DNA from: a bacterium
Lineage (GTDB): Bacteria; Patescibacteriota; Minisyncoccia; UBA6257; Colwellbacteraceae
DNA length: 64,000 bases
Assembly (NCBI GenBank): GCA_021787205.1
Contig: JAJYME010000006.1
Location: forward strand, 15,644-79,643
Direction of reading: 5' to 3'
The translations under genes and the position numbers were made by a program. Positions 19,226 to 28,929 of this stretch are shown piece by piece; the stretch's first letter is position 1, and every line of letters starts with the position of its first letter. The notes under the pieces were generated by a model, which had not been told where the DNA came from, searched no databases, and worked only from the letters and a program-made list of their open reading frames with translations.

Positions 19226-19777
19226 TTAAACGGCTTTTCTTCTGAACATTTTCTTGGGATTCGACTTGGCTTCAGTATCAATCTTGGCTTCTTTTTTAGT
19301 TTCTGCCTTGACCTTCTTCGGCTTTATTTCCCCAGTTTCTTTTTTAGGCTTTTCGGCTTTGGGCGCTTTAGTTTCTTTGCTTTCAGCCTTTGCAGGCTTC
19401 TTGGCAAAAGCGATCTTGCCGGGAGTAAACCTTGATTTGACTCCTTCTTTTTCTTCCAAAACGATAATAACGTTGGAAAAATCTTTGTGTAATGGTGTTG
19501 CCATTCCTCTTGCGCGAGGAAGGTAGCGCTTCAAGCGGATACCTTTGTCGGCGGAGGCTTGTTTGACGACCAAGGTCTCAAGATTCAATCCTTTGACTTT
19601 GGCGTTAGCGATTGCGGAACGCAAAAGCTTTAAAACGGGCTTTGCGGCGCGTTCGCGTCTGAAAGCAAGCTGGACTTCCGCTTCTCCGGCTGGAAGGCCT
19701 GAGATAAGGTGGGTTATAGCCCTAACCTTTCTCGGAGCAACATCCAATCTGTTTAATTTTGCTCTAACTTCTGCCAT
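19226..19777 (-). CDS. rplV: Ribosomal protein uL22 with Lys-rich C-terminal extension
   Basis: APRKVR, LLRSAIANA, PRARG; about 70-aa tail. Confidence 0.95.
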   Translation of the reverse strand: MAEVRAKLNRLDVAPRKVRAITHLISGLPAGEAEVQLAFRRERAAKPVLKLLRSAIANAKVKGLNLETLVVKQASADKGIRLKRYLPRARGMATPLHKDFSNVIIVLEEKEGVKSRFTPGKIAFAKKPAKAESKETKAPKAEKPKKETGEIKPKKVKAETKKEAKIDTEAKSNPKKMFRRKAV

Positions 19778-19782
19778 TTTGA

Positions 19783-20088
19783 TTATTTCTTAGGAGCAGC
19801 TTTAGGAGCGGCCTTTGAGGCAGCTTCCGCTTGCTTTTGCAATTTACCGCCGTGGCGAACGAACTTTCTCGTAGGAGAAAATTCACCAAGACGATGCCCG
19901 ACCATTTCCTCGGTAACTCTGACGTCAATGAAATTCTTTCCATTGTGGACGGAGAATGTGACTCCAACCATTTCCGGAGAAATCTCACTGGCTCTTGACC
20001 AAGTCTTTATAGGTGTCCCATTGGACTTGGCGATTTTTTCAAGCAATCTTTGGTCAACGTAGGGACCTTTTTTAGAACTTCGGCTCAT
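19783..20088 (-). CDS. rpsS: Ribosomal protein uS19
   Basis: [20 protein letters not shown]. Confidence 0.97.
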   Translation of the reverse strand: MSRSSKKGPYVDQRLLEKIAKSNGTPIKTWSRASEISPEMVGVTFSVHNGKNFIDVRVTEEMVGHRLGEFSPTRKFVRHGGKLQKQAEAASKAAPKAAPKK

Positions 20089-20091
20089 TGT

Positions 20092-20931
20092 TTATTTTTT
20101 CTTTTTATTTCTTCTTTCAACAATAACTACGTTCGACCATTTCTTCTTGTTTCTGGTCTTTCTTCCGCCAGTAATGTTTCCCCAAATATCCTTAGGCTTT
20201 CTGGTGCCTCTCGGCTGTCTGCCTTCACCACCACCATATGGGTGATCGACTGGGTTCATAGCTGATCCGCGGACGGTAGGACGAATGTTCATACCTCTTG
20301 CGCGTCCGGCTTTACCGATGACGACAAGGCGCCAATCGGGGTTTGAAACCTGGCCGATAGTAGCGAAGCAGTCCCAGAGAACCTTTCTGACTTCTCCAGA
20401 GGAGAGCTTGAGATAGGTGTATCCGGCGTCTTGCGCTTGGACTTTGGCGAATGATCCGGCTGAGCGGATGATTTGTCCGCCTTTTCCGGGATTCAATTCG
20501 ACATTGAAAACTGATTGTCCGACAGGGATGTTTCTGAGCTTCATTCTGTTTCCAGGGGCTACTGGAGCAGTTTCGGCAGTCAAAAGGACATCACCTTTCT
20601 TGATATCAGACGGTGCCAATGCGTAACGGCGTTCTCCATCGCGATAGACAAGCTTCATGATGAAAGCTGTGCGATAGGGATCGTATTCAACGGTCTCCAC
20701 TTTCGCGGGAACGTTCATTTTGTCGACGGCGACAAAGTCAACCAAACGATATGCTCGCTTGTTGCCAGCGCCTTGATGTCTCATCGTGATGCGTCCGGTA
20801 TTGTTGCGACCGGCGTTCTTCGGAAGAGAAATCATAAGTCTCTTGTCAGGCTTGTCTCCGGTGAGCAGTTTTGAATACTCAGGGACGGTCATATGACGGC
20901 GAGACGGTGTAGTCGGCTTATATTTTTTCAT
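20092..20931 (-). CDS. rplB: Ribosomal protein uL2
   Basis: GRNNTGRIT, AMNPVDHPYGGGEG. Confidence 0.98.
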   Translation of the reverse strand: MKKYKPTTPSRRHMTVPEYSKLLTGDKPDKRLMISLPKNAGRNNTGRITMRHQGAGNKRAYRLVDFVAVDKMNVPAKVETVEYDPYRTAFIMKLVYRDGERRYALAPSDIKKGDVLLTAETAPVAPGNRMKLRNIPVGQSVFNVELNPGKGGQIIRSAGSFAKVQAQDAGYTYLKLSSGEVRKVLWDCFATIGQVSNPDWRLVVIGKAGRARGMNIRPTVRGSAMNPVDHPYGGGEGRQPRGTRKPKDIWGNITGGRKTRNKKKWSNVVIVERRNKKKK

Positions 20932-21154
20932 TGATAGTTGATCCGGGCTTCAAAGACACGATGGCCTTTTTGCCCTTTTTGGTTCGAACGATATTAACGC
21001 CCAAAACTTCGACCTTTAATTCTTTTGATACGAATTTTTTGATTTCGTTTTTATTCGCCTTTAAAGGAACAGCGAAAACATATTTGTTTTGCGCTTTCAA
21101 TCTCTCTGCTTTCTCGGAGACGGCGACTTTCTGTACCGGTTTGTTAGATTGCAT
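20918..21154 (-). CDS. rplW: Ribosomal protein uL23 (short, 78 aa)
   Basis: SEKA..NKYVF..ANKNEIK..KKAIVSL; position between rplD and rplB. Confidence 0.9.
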   Translation of the reverse strand: MQSNKPVQKVAVSEKAERLKAQNKYVFAVPLKANKNEIKKFVSKELKVEVLGVNIVRTKKGKKAIVSLKPGSTINEKI

Positions 21155-21770
21155 GGTAATGATTATCGATTGCATCTACGGCGTCCTTCTCAACCAAGAT
21201 GTTCTTGTATTTGAGGAGTTCGTAAACGTTTAGTGACCTTGGATCGAGAGATTTTACTTTTTCGATATTCGCAGCGGCGCGGTAAATATTCTTATTTTCC
21301 GTTCCGGGAATGATCAAAGTGCTGTTTCCTGAAAGATTGGAAACGATTTTAGCAGCTTCTTTTGTCTTCGCCTCTTTCAAAGCCAACGAGTCGACGAATT
21401 TTACTTCGCCTTCCGCGAGCTTCTTGGAAAGGATGGAGAAGATTGCAGCCTGCTTCATCTTTTGGTTTATCTTCTTAGCGTAAACAGTTTCCTTGTTAGG
21501 ACCATGAGCAACACCACCACCGACCCAAATCGGTGAACGGGTTGAACCGTGTCTCGCGCGGCCTGTGCCTTTCTGGCGCCAAGGTTTCTTTCCTCCTCCG
21601 GAAACTTCGCCTCTGCCTTTGGCATGAGCGAGATTGTCTCTGTCGGAAGCGACTTGAGCGTCAAGAGCAAATTTCACGAGATCAGGATTCCACGGAGCGT
21701 TCCAAACGCGATCCGAGAGCTCAATCTTGTCTGTAGTTTTAGCCTCTATATTATATAAATTGACAGTCAT
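21144..21770 (-). CDS. rplD: Ribosomal protein uL4
   Basis: KPWRQKGTGRARHGS. Confidence 0.97.
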   Translation of the reverse strand: MTVNLYNIEAKTTDKIELSDRVWNAPWNPDLVKFALDAQVASDRDNLAHAKGRGEVSGGGKKPWRQKGTGRARHGSTRSPIWVGGGVAHGPNKETVYAKKINQKMKQAAIFSILSKKLAEGEVKFVDSLALKEAKTKEAAKIVSNLSGNSTLIIPGTENKNIYRAAANIEKVKSLDPRSLNVYELLKYKNILVEKDAVDAIDNHYHAI

Positions 21771-21782
21771 TGGTTGATCTCG

Positions 21783-22208
21783 TTACTTTGTGTAAATTAA
21801 AACTTTCGAACCGGAACGACCGGGAAGAGAGCCTTTGATGGCAACAACCTTCTTTTCTTCGTTCCATTCGACGACCTTTAATTCTTTTAGGGTTTTTCTA
21901 TCAGAGCCCATGCGGCCCGCCATTTTGCGGCCAGGGATGACACGCTGGGGGGCGGTTGGACCCAAAGATCCCGGAGCCCTCAGACGATTCTTTTGACCGT
22001 GGGAGCCAGGTCCCCCGGCAAAACCGTGGCGTTTGACGACACCCTGGAAGCCTTTTCCTTTGGAGATGCCGACAACTTTTGAGAGTATGTCGCCAGCTGC
22101 GAAGGTAACTTCCGGAGTAGTGATGGCGACCCAGGTTACTGGGACGATATCGTCACCGATGAAGATTTGATCCATCTTCATCTTTTGCCCGTTTATCGGA
22201 TTAGTCAT
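21783..22208 (-). CDS. rplC: Ribosomal protein uL3 with internal deletion (141 aa)
   Basis: SKGKGFQGVVKRHGF, RAPGS, KMAGRMG. Confidence 0.93.
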   Translation of the reverse strand: MTNPINGQKMKMDQIFIGDDIVPVTWVAITTPEVTFAAGDILSKVVGISKGKGFQGVVKRHGFAGGPGSHGQKNRLRAPGSLGPTAPQRVIPGRKMAGRMGSDRKTLKELKVVEWNEEKKVVAIKGSLPGRSGSKVLIYTK

Positions 22209-22242
22209 TCGTTTTTGTTTTTGTTTATCTTTGTTTTTTCAT

Positions 22243-22274
22243 AAAAAATAACCGATAGCCCTCGGTTATTTTTT
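22243..22274 (-). terminator. Terminator-like hairpin in rplC leader
   Basis: aaaaaataaccga-tagccc-tcggttatttttt. Confidence 0.7.
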
Positions 22275-22306
22275 ATAAGCTGTAAGCTTGTAGGCTATAC
22301 AGGGTT

Positions 22307-22335
22307 AATAATACATTAAAATCAGGCTTATGTCT
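22307..22335 (-). promoter_or_regulatory. Sigma70-type promoter for rplC operon
   Basis: TAGACA-17 nt-TATTAT on minus strand. Confidence 0.6.
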
Positions 22336-22355
22336 AGCCCCGAATATAGATAAAA

Positions 22356-22486
22356 CCTTGCTTTTTCCGACCTGAAGGACACCAAAATGGAGCCTTTTGC
22401 CTTCGGTTCTTACCAGGTTGCCAACCGGGCGCCTTTTTGCGAGGCATCCGCCAAGTCCTCATAAACTCCTTTCCTTCAAGGCAAGG
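22356..22486 (-). ncRNA. Structured intergenic element of unknown type
   Basis: Nested stems CCTTGC/GCAAGG, TGAAGGA/TCCTTCA, GGAGTTT/AGGCTCC with minus-strand G-U pairs. Confidence 0.5.
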
Positions 22487-22500
22487 ACCTGACGTTCCAA

Positions 22501-22534
22501 TTAAAAAACAACCGTTTTCACGGTTGTTTTTTAA
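22501..22534 (-). terminator. Terminator after rpsJ
   Basis: ttaaaaaacaaccg-ttttca-cggttgttttttaa. Confidence 0.8.
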
Positions 22535-22538
22535 GAAA

Positions 22539-22844
22539 TTACATCATCTTGACTTCGATATCTACGCCAGCCGGCATATTGAGTTCGGACAATGATTCCA
22601 TAAGCTTTTGACTCGGATTAAGAATATCAATGATGCGTTTATGGATTCTCATCTCGAACTGTTCGCGGCTGTTCTTGTAGATGAATGACGAGCGGTTGAC
22701 GGTGTACTTTTTGAATTCTGTCGGAAGCGGAGACGGACCAGAAATCTGGGCGTTGGCGCGTTCCAAGACATCAACGATCTGGCGGCAAGAATTATCTATA
22801 AGCCTTTGATCGTACGATTTGATTCTTAATCTTAATTTGTCCAA
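22539..22844 (-). CDS. rpsJ: Ribosomal protein uS10
   Basis: SGPSPLPT, SREQFEMRIHKR. Confidence 0.97.
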   Translation of the reverse strand: MDKLRLRIKSYDQRLIDNSCRQIVDVLERANAQISGPSPLPTEFKKYTVNRSSFIYKNSREQFEMRIHKRIIDILNPSQKLMESLSELNMPAGVDIEVKMM

Positions 22845-22855
22845 AGCTTCAAAAA

Positions 22856-24049
22856 TTATTTATTGATCTTAGTAACTGCACCGGCACCGACGGTCTTTCC
22901 GCCTTCGCGAATAGCGAAGCGCTGCTGCTCTTCAAGAGCGACAGGGGCAATAAGTTTTACCTTGATGGTAACTGTGTCTCCAGGCATGGCCATTTCCATT
23001 CCTTCCGGAAGGCTGATATCTCCAGTAACGTCAGTAGTACGGATGTAGAACTGAGGCTTGTATCCGGAGAAGATCGGGCTGTGGCGTCCACCTTCTTCCT
23101 TGCTCAAGAGGTAAACCTGAGCTTCAAATTCGGTATGAGGGGTGACGGAACCCGGCTTGGCAATAACCTGACCGCGTTCGACGTCTTCTTTCTTAACACC
23201 GCGGAGCAAAACTCCGACGTTGTCTCCAGCTTGACCTTCATCGAGCTGCTTGTTGAACATTTCAACACCAGTGATGACAGTCTTCTGAGGATCGCGAATA
23301 CCGATGATTTCGGCTTCGTCGTTGACATGCATAGTTCCTCTTTCGATACGTCCGGTAACAACAGTTCCGCGACCTTCGATAGTGAAGATGTCTTCGATAG
23401 GCATAAGGAAAGGCTTGTCAGTCTCTCTCTTAGGCTCAGGGATGTATTCATCCAAAGCGTGGATGAGTTGCATGATGGGCTCCAAGGCCGGATCGTCAGC
23501 AGAAGTGGCTTCAGAGGCCTTCAAAGCGGATCCGCGGATAACCGGAGCATTGTCTCCGTCGTACTGGTACTTGGAGAGAAGCTCGCGAACTTCAGCCTCA
23601 ACGAGGTCGATAAGTTCAGGATCATCAACCATGTCGCACTTGTTCAAGAAAACGACAAGCTTAGGAACACCGACCTGGTGAGCCAAAAGGATGTGCTCTC
23701 TGGTTTGAGGCATAGGACCATCAGTAGCGGCAACGACCAAGATCGCGCCATCCATCTGAGCGGCACCGGTGATCATGTTCTTGATGTAATCCGCGTGTCC
23801 GGGAGCATCAATGTGAGCATAGTGGCGCTTTTCAGATTCGTATTCTGAGTGGTGCAAAGAAATGGTGATACCACGAGCTTTTTCTTCAGGAGCGTTGTCG
23901 ATTTGGTCGACAGCTTCTCTCTTTTTAGCCAATCCCTTCAAGAAAAGGGTGTTGGTGATAGCCGAGGTTAAAGTGGTCTTACCATGGTCGACGTGACCGA
24001 TGGTTCCAACGTTAACGTGCGGCTTTGTTCTTTCGAATTTTTCTGCCAT
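22856..24049 (-). CDS. tuf: Elongation factor Tu
   Basis: [21 protein letters not shown]. Confidence 0.99.
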   Translation of the reverse strand: MAEKFERTKPHVNVGTIGHVDHGKTTLTSAITNTLFLKGLAKKREAVDQIDNAPEEKARGITISLHHSEYESEKRHYAHIDAPGHADYIKNMITGAAQMDGAILVVAATDGPMPQTREHILLAHQVGVPKLVVFLNKCDMVDDPELIDLVEAEVRELLSKYQYDGDNAPVIRGSALKASEATSADDPALEPIMQLIHALDEYIPEPKRETDKPFLMPIEDIFTIEGRGTVVTGRIERGTMHVNDEAEIIGIRDPQKTVITGVEMFNKQLDEGQAGDNVGVLLRGVKKEDVERGQVIAKPGSVTPHTEFEAQVYLLSKEEGGRHSPIFSGYKPQFYIRTTDVTGDISLPEGMEMAMPGDTVTIKVKLIAPVALEEQQRFAIREGGKTVGAGAVTKINK

Positions 24050-24134
24050 TTGTTTTGTTGTATTTTTTTGTTTTTAAAACGACTTAATTTTAACTTTTTT
24101 TAAGTTATATATCAATAATTTTGTCTAGGAGCGA

Positions 24135-26240
24135 TTATTTCTTTCCGCTGATAACCTCAGCTTCAGCGCTCTTAGGCAAAGTTTCGTAATGATCGAATTC
24201 CATAGTGAACGATCCTCTACCTTGGGTCATAGATCTGAGCTTCGTCGCGTAACCGAACATTTCGGAAAGCGGGATAAAGGTATCGATGACCTTGATATTG
24301 GCGCGATCGACAATGGCGTCGATCCTTCCTCTCTTGGAGGAAACATCACCGGTGATATCACCCATGAACTCGGCCGGGGCCAGGATCTGGACCTTCATGA
24401 TCGGTTCAAGGATAACAGGCTTCGCGGCACGAGCAGCATCCTGGAAGGCCATTGAAGCGGCAATCTTGAAAGCGGCTTCTGACGAGTCGACTTCGTGGTA
24501 AGAACCATCGTATAAGGCGACAGCAACGTCGACGACCGGGAATCCGGCGACGACACCTTTGGTCAAAGCTTCCTTGATACCCTTTTCAACAGCTGGAATG
24601 TATTCGCGAGGAACGACACCTCCCTTGATTTCATCGATAAATTCAAATCCTTTACCGGATTCAAGAGGAGAAAGTCTGATACGGACGTGTCCGTATTGTC
24701 CGCGACCTCCAGATTGCTTGATGTATTTGCCTTCGGCTTCGGCGGTCATCGTGACGGTTTCCTTGTAGGCAACCTGAGGACGTCCGACCTGGGCTTCAAC
24801 ATTAAATTCGCGCTTCATACGCTCAACCAAGACTTCGAGGTGAAGCTCACCCATACCCCAGATGATGGTTTCCCCGGTTTCGGGGTCACCAGCGACTCTG
24901 AAGGTAGGATCTTCTTCCGCCAAACGGCGAAGAGCAATACCCATCTTTTCCTGGTCTACTTTTGAAGCCGGAGAAATCTTCTGCGAGATAACCGGTTCCG
25001 GGAAAGTAATCTTTTCCAGAATGATTGGGTTATTAGGATCGCAAAGGGTATCTCCTGTGGTGGTTGATTTAAGTCCGACCAAAGCGCCGATTTGTCCAGC
25101 ATGGAGTTCATCAACTTCTTCTCGAGTGTTGGCGTGCATGCGCAAAATGCGTCCGACGCGCTCAGACTCGTCTTTGGTCGCGTTTAAGATATAGCTTCCC
25201 TTGGTGATCTTTCCGGAGTAAACGCGGAAGAAAGTAAGGGAACCGACAAACGGGTCGGCGGCAATCTTGAAGGCAAGGGCCGTAAACGGCTCGTTGTCAT
25301 CAGGATGTCTTTCGATTTCCGATTCATCCTTAGGATCGTGTCCCTTTACAGGCGGCAAATCCATCGGAGAAGGCAAATAATCGATAACGGCGTCCAACAT
25401 GAGCTGGACTCCTTTGTTCTTATAGGCAGAACCGGTAAGAACGGGGATGATATCGAGGCTTAAAGTCGCTTTTCTCAAAGTCTTCTTCAAATCCTCGACT
25501 GAGATCTCTTTTCCTTCGAGATAATCGTTCATCAACTTTTCGTTGTTTTCAACGATTCTCTCTACGACCTCGGCGTGACGCTTTTTGGCTTCATCCAAGT
25601 ATTCAGCGGGAATTTCCGCTTCAACGATCTTTTCTCCTCTATCCCCTTCAAAGTAATAGGCCTTCATTTTGATAAGGTCGATAATACCTTTAAGGTCGGA
25701 CTCCAAGCCAATCGGCATTTGGATGCCAAGGGCTTTGGTAGTCAAACGGTCTTTGATCGATTGGAATGATCTGTCAAAAGAAGCGCCGGTTCGGTCAAGC
25801 TTGTTAATGAAGCAGATTCTGGGAACACCATACTCGTCGGCATAATGCCAGTTAGTTTCAGACTGAGGTTCGACGCCTGAGACACCATCAAAAACGACGA
25901 CTGCGCCGTCCAAGACGCGCAAAGCGCGCTTGACTTCGACAGTGAAGTCGATGTGTCCCGGAGTATCGATCAAGTTGATGCGATGCTCATAGGCCTTGTC
26001 CCCATTTCTGTAGCTGGGAGTCCAAAAACAAGTAGTAGCCGCGGAAGTAATAGTAATTCCGCGCTCACGTTCCTGATCCATCCAGTCCATAACCGCCTCT
26101 CCTTCATGGACTTCCCCGATTTTATGGGAAACTCCAGTGTAGAAGAGAATGCGTTCGGAAGTAGTGGTCTTACCGGCATCAATGTGCGCGGTAATACCGA
26201 TATTCCTGGTTTTTTCAATCGGATAGAACTTATTTTCCAT
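24135..26240 (-). CDS. fusA: Elongation factor G
   Basis: [29 protein letters not shown]. Confidence 0.99.
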   Translation of the reverse strand: MENKFYPIEKTRNIGITAHIDAGKTTTSERILFYTGVSHKIGEVHEGEAVMDWMDQERERGITITSAATTCFWTPSYRNGDKAYEHRINLIDTPGHIDFTVEVKRALRVLDGAVVVFDGVSGVEPQSETNWHYADEYGVPRICFINKLDRTGASFDRSFQSIKDRLTTKALGIQMPIGLESDLKGIIDLIKMKAYYFEGDRGEKIVEAEIPAEYLDEAKKRHAEVVERIVENNEKLMNDYLEGKEISVEDLKKTLRKATLSLDIIPVLTGSAYKNKGVQLMLDAVIDYLPSPMDLPPVKGHDPKDESEIERHPDDNEPFTALAFKIAADPFVGSLTFFRVYSGKITKGSYILNATKDESERVGRILRMHANTREEVDELHAGQIGALVGLKSTTTGDTLCDPNNPIILEKITFPEPVISQKISPASKVDQEKMGIALRRLAEEDPTFRVAGDPETGETIIWGMGELHLEVLVERMKREFNVEAQVGRPQVAYKETVTMTAEAEGKYIKQSGGRGQYGHVRIRLSPLESGKGFEFIDEIKGGVVPREYIPAVEKGIKEALTKGVVAGFPVVDVAVALYDGSYHEVDSSEAAFKIAASMAFQDAARAAKPVILEPIMKVQILAPAEFMGDITGDVSSKRGRIDAIVDRANIKVIDTFIPLSEMFGYATKLRSMTQGRGSFTMEFDHYETLPKSAEAEVISGKK

Positions 26241-26259
26241 AAATTAGTAAGGTTAAAGA

Positions 26260-26724
26260 CTATCCGGCAAAGTGAGCGAAGGCGCGATTACCTTCAGCCA
26301 TACGATGGATATCTTGTTTTTTCTTGATAGCCGCTCCTTCATTGTTTGAAGCAGCAAGCAGTTCATCGGCCAATTTTTCAGAGATCGCCTTACCCTTTTT
26401 AGCTCGGGCGGCGGCAATAATCCATTTAGAAGCAAGCATGAATTGACGTTCCGGACGAACCTCGCGGGGAACCTGATAGTTGGCTCCTCCAACGCGCTTC
26501 GACGTAACTTCCATCAACGGCTTAACATTCTCAATGGCTTTTTCGAAGGTCTCCAAGGCGTTTTTCTCGCCTTTTTCGATTATGTCGAAAGCGCCATAAA
26601 GATTATTCTCAGCTATTGAACGCTTTCCATCGTACATCAAGTAGTTGGTAAAGCGGCTTATAGCGATACTGTTATACTTATGATCGGGATTGATGTCCCT
26701 TTTGTAATTCTTTTTTCTTCTCAT
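26260..26724 (-). CDS. rpsG: Ribosomal protein uS7
   Basis: RVGGANYQVP, MAEGNRAFAHF. Confidence 0.98.
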   Translation of the reverse strand: MRRKKNYKRDINPDHKYNSIAISRFTNYLMYDGKRSIAENNLYGAFDIIEKGEKNALETFEKAIENVKPLMEVTSKRVGGANYQVPREVRPERQFMLASKWIIAAARAKKGKAISEKLADELLAASNNEGAAIKKKQDIHRMAEGNRAFAHFAG

Positions 26725-26734
26725 CTAGGATTGT

Positions 26735-27154
26735 TTATTTTGCAGCTTTAGGTCTTTTAGCTCCGTATTTGGAACGCTGCTGTTTTCTATTGGCTACACC
26801 GGTCGTGTCAAGAGTTCCACGAACGATGTGATAACGAACACCCGGCAAATCTTTAACGCGACCGCCACGGATCATGACGACGGAGTGTTCCTGAAGGTTG
26901 TGTCCGATTCCCGGAACGTAAGCAGTTACTTCCATTCCGTTAGTCAGACGAACCCTCGCGACTTTTCTTAAGGCAGAGTTTGGCTTTTTAGGGGTAGTTG
27001 TGAACACCTTTAAGCAAACTCCTCTTTTGTGTGGCGATTCAGAATCGACCGGTTTATTTTGGAGAACGTTAAAATAACGGCCAAGAGCCGGTGATTTAGA
27101 CTTTTTTTCGCTTGTTTTTCGCCCCCTCTTGAGGAGCTGATTCATCGTAGGCAC
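26735..27154 (-). CDS. rpsL: Ribosomal protein uS12
   Basis: [23 protein letters not shown]. Confidence 0.99.
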   Translation of the reverse strand: MPTMNQLLKRGRKTSEKKSKSPALGRYFNVLQNKPVDSESPHKRGVCLKVFTTTPKKPNSALRKVARVRLTNGMEVTAYVPGIGHNLQEHSVVMIRGGRVKDLPGVRYHIVRGTLDTTGVANRKQQRSKYGAKRPKAAK

Positions 27155-27160
27155 GATAAT

Positions 27161-27190
27161 AATTTATCAATAATCACCCCATCTTGTCAA
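27161..27190 (-). promoter_or_regulatory. Promoter of str operon, near-leaderless
   Basis: TTGACA-18 nt-TAAATT, 6 nt before the GTG start. Confidence 0.65.
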
Positions 27191-27273
27191 TATTTAGCGC
27201 CTAAAATCGCCAGGCAATCCTTTTCCATATTTTAAACAAAAACAAAGCCCGTGGCTTTGTTTTGCTTTGTCGC

Positions 27274-27876
27274 TTAAAAAATTGTCGGAATAATACTCAC
27301 AAGAAGCTTGAATAATACCTGGACCGGGTAAGAAACATTGACGAAAAGAAGCAAGATTAAGACGCCAATAATGCCATATTGCTCGAATAAGACTCTCTGC
27401 CTCAGAGTCAGGAAGGGATAAAGGAATTTGGAGCCATCAAGCGGCGGGATCGGCAGAAGGTTGAAGACCATGAGCGACAAATTGACGTAAGCGGCCAGAT
27501 AAGCGAATTCTCTGCCTGGAATGAAGGAAAACAAGCCATAAGCCAAGATGATGATAAAAGCGACGGAGAAGTTTGCTATCGGTCCGGCTGCCGCTACCTT
27601 TATCTCATCCCTTACTCCCCCTTTAAGATTGTTCGGATTATAAGGGACCGGGCGCATCCAACCAAAGTAGGTTCCGGAAGTCAGAATTAGCGTCAAAGGG
27701 ATGATTATGCTTCCGAAGATGTCCAGATGGGCTAAAGGGTTCAAGGTAAGTCTCCCAAGCCTCTTTGCGGTCTCATCCCCGCATTCATTGGCTATGAAAG
27801 CATGCGAATACTCGTGAATGGTGGCGGAAACCACAATAACAACAAACAAGAAGATTTTCGTAAAGATAGGATCCAT
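27274..27876 (-). CDS. M50-family site-2 protease
   Basis: HEYSH, GRLTLNPLAH, AAAGP, NLLPIPPLDG. Confidence 0.9.
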   Translation of the reverse strand: MDPIFTKIFLFVVIVVSATIHEYSHAFIANECGDETAKRLGRLTLNPLAHLDIFGSIIIPLTLILTSGTYFGWMRPVPYNPNNLKGGVRDEIKVAAAGPIANFSVAFIIILAYGLFSFIPGREFAYLAAYVNLSLMVFNLLPIPPLDGSKFLYPFLTLRQRVLFEQYGIIGVLILLLFVNVSYPVQVLFKLLVSIIPTIF

Positions 27877-28023
27877 TATTGGCTTAATGATATACCAAAA
27901 GGAAGAATCTTCCTATTCTCTACCCAACCAGTTTCCGGACCCGATGCCCGGTACTAGGCACCCCTAATCAGGAACCGGTAGCCATTCCTTGCCAAAATGG
28001 GTAATTCGTTATAACATATAGCA

Positions 28024-28233
28024 ATGCGTCAGTGTGAAATCTGCGGGAAGGGATCAATAGTCCGCGGACAAAGAATTAAGCTCCGCGGTAATTACAACCC
28101 GACGCCCAAATCAAGAAAGCAACCAAATCTCCAACCAACTAGAATCTTAGGTAGAAAAGTTGAAGCTTGCACCAAGTGCATCAAAAGCTTGAACAGAATG
28201 AGAACGGAAATCAATACCGCCAAAGTTGCTTAA
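28024..28233 (+). CDS. rpmB: Ribosomal protein bL28
   Basis: CEICGK..KQPNLQ..CTKCIKS. Confidence 0.88.
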   Translation: MRQCEICGKGSIVRGQRIKLRGNYNPTPKSRKQPNLQPTRILGRKVEACTKCIKSLNRMRTEINTAKVA

Positions 28234-28273
28234 AAGACATAGATGGGCAACTAAAGTTGTCCATCTTTTATTA

Positions 28274-28344
28274 CGGGCTGTAGTATAACGGCAGTATATA
28301 CCCTTGGGGTGGGTACGACCCGGGTTCAATTCCCGGCAGCCCGA
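28274..28344 (+). tRNA. tRNA-Pro(GGG), CCA not encoded
   Basis: CGGGCTG/CAGCCCG acceptor, anticodon loop TTGGGGT, T-loop TTCAATT. Confidence 0.93.
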
Positions 28345-28591
28345 CATAATAAATAATCCCTACCGTAAGGTGGGGGTTATTTTTATTCATAAGGGCCGGG
28401 AATTGAAAAGGGATGGGGTCGGAAGGGAGACGAAGGTATCCCTTCCGTATTGGAAGCTCGCGAAACGGAAGTTTCGCGGGAGCGAGCCGCGCCTCGCGAC
28501 GTGAAATAGCGAAGCGTCCCGGCAGCCCGACATAATAAATAATCCCTACCGTAAGGTGGGGGTTATTTTTATTCATAAGGGCCGGGAATTG
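28331..28591 (+). repeat. 75-bp exact direct repeat (28331-28405, 28517-28591) starting in the tRNA-Pro 3' end, flanking a 111-nt structured insert
   Basis: tcccggcagcccgacataat...gggccgggaattg present twice, period 186. Confidence 0.93.
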
Positions 28592-28598
28592 GAGACAT

Positions 28599-28629
28599 AA
28601 AAAGCCGCGTTATATACAACGCGGCTTTT
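28599..28629. terminator. Bidirectional terminator
   Basis: aaaagccgcgtt-atatac-aacgcggctttt. Confidence 0.8.
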
Positions 28630-28634
28630 CTAAC

Positions 28635-28755
28635 CCGACTTTAAGTTAGACTCCCGGCTAATGCCAGATTGGCAGTCCTCAATTTTAACCCACGGGTTAA
28701 AAAAATGTTGGATAGCCTTAAAAAATTATTTGATCCGGAATCTAACTTGTCGGAT
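28635..28755 (-). ncRNA. Candidate small RNA, 6S-like architecture
   Basis: Own TATAAT, about 19-bp closing stem, AU-rich bubble, inner hairpins, then terminator. Confidence 0.55.
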
Positions 28756-28929
28756 AATTTTATTATATATGACTGTTAAGAACAGTAAATATCAAAAAAT
28801 AAAAGACTTTTTTCAGACTTGACACTCATTCACTTCCTAAGACCTAAAATGATTTTTAACGCAAGAGGACTTATTCACAATCAGCATAAAAAAACAGCAA
28901 CTTAAAGCTGCTGTTTTCATATTTGACTT

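Noticed and set aside
22356-22400. SRP RNA (TCAGGTCGGAAAAAGCA resembles domain IV)
   Set aside because: The GNRA-closing stem cannot form and the segment is paired elsewhere
27928-27979. Imperfect GC-rich hairpin containing GCCCGGT between divergent promoters
   Set aside because: Lacks the other motifs and stems of the A-C family; too weak alone
28331-28591. CRISPR array
   Set aside because: Two 75-bp units with a 111-nt gap, tRNA-derived, no cas genes
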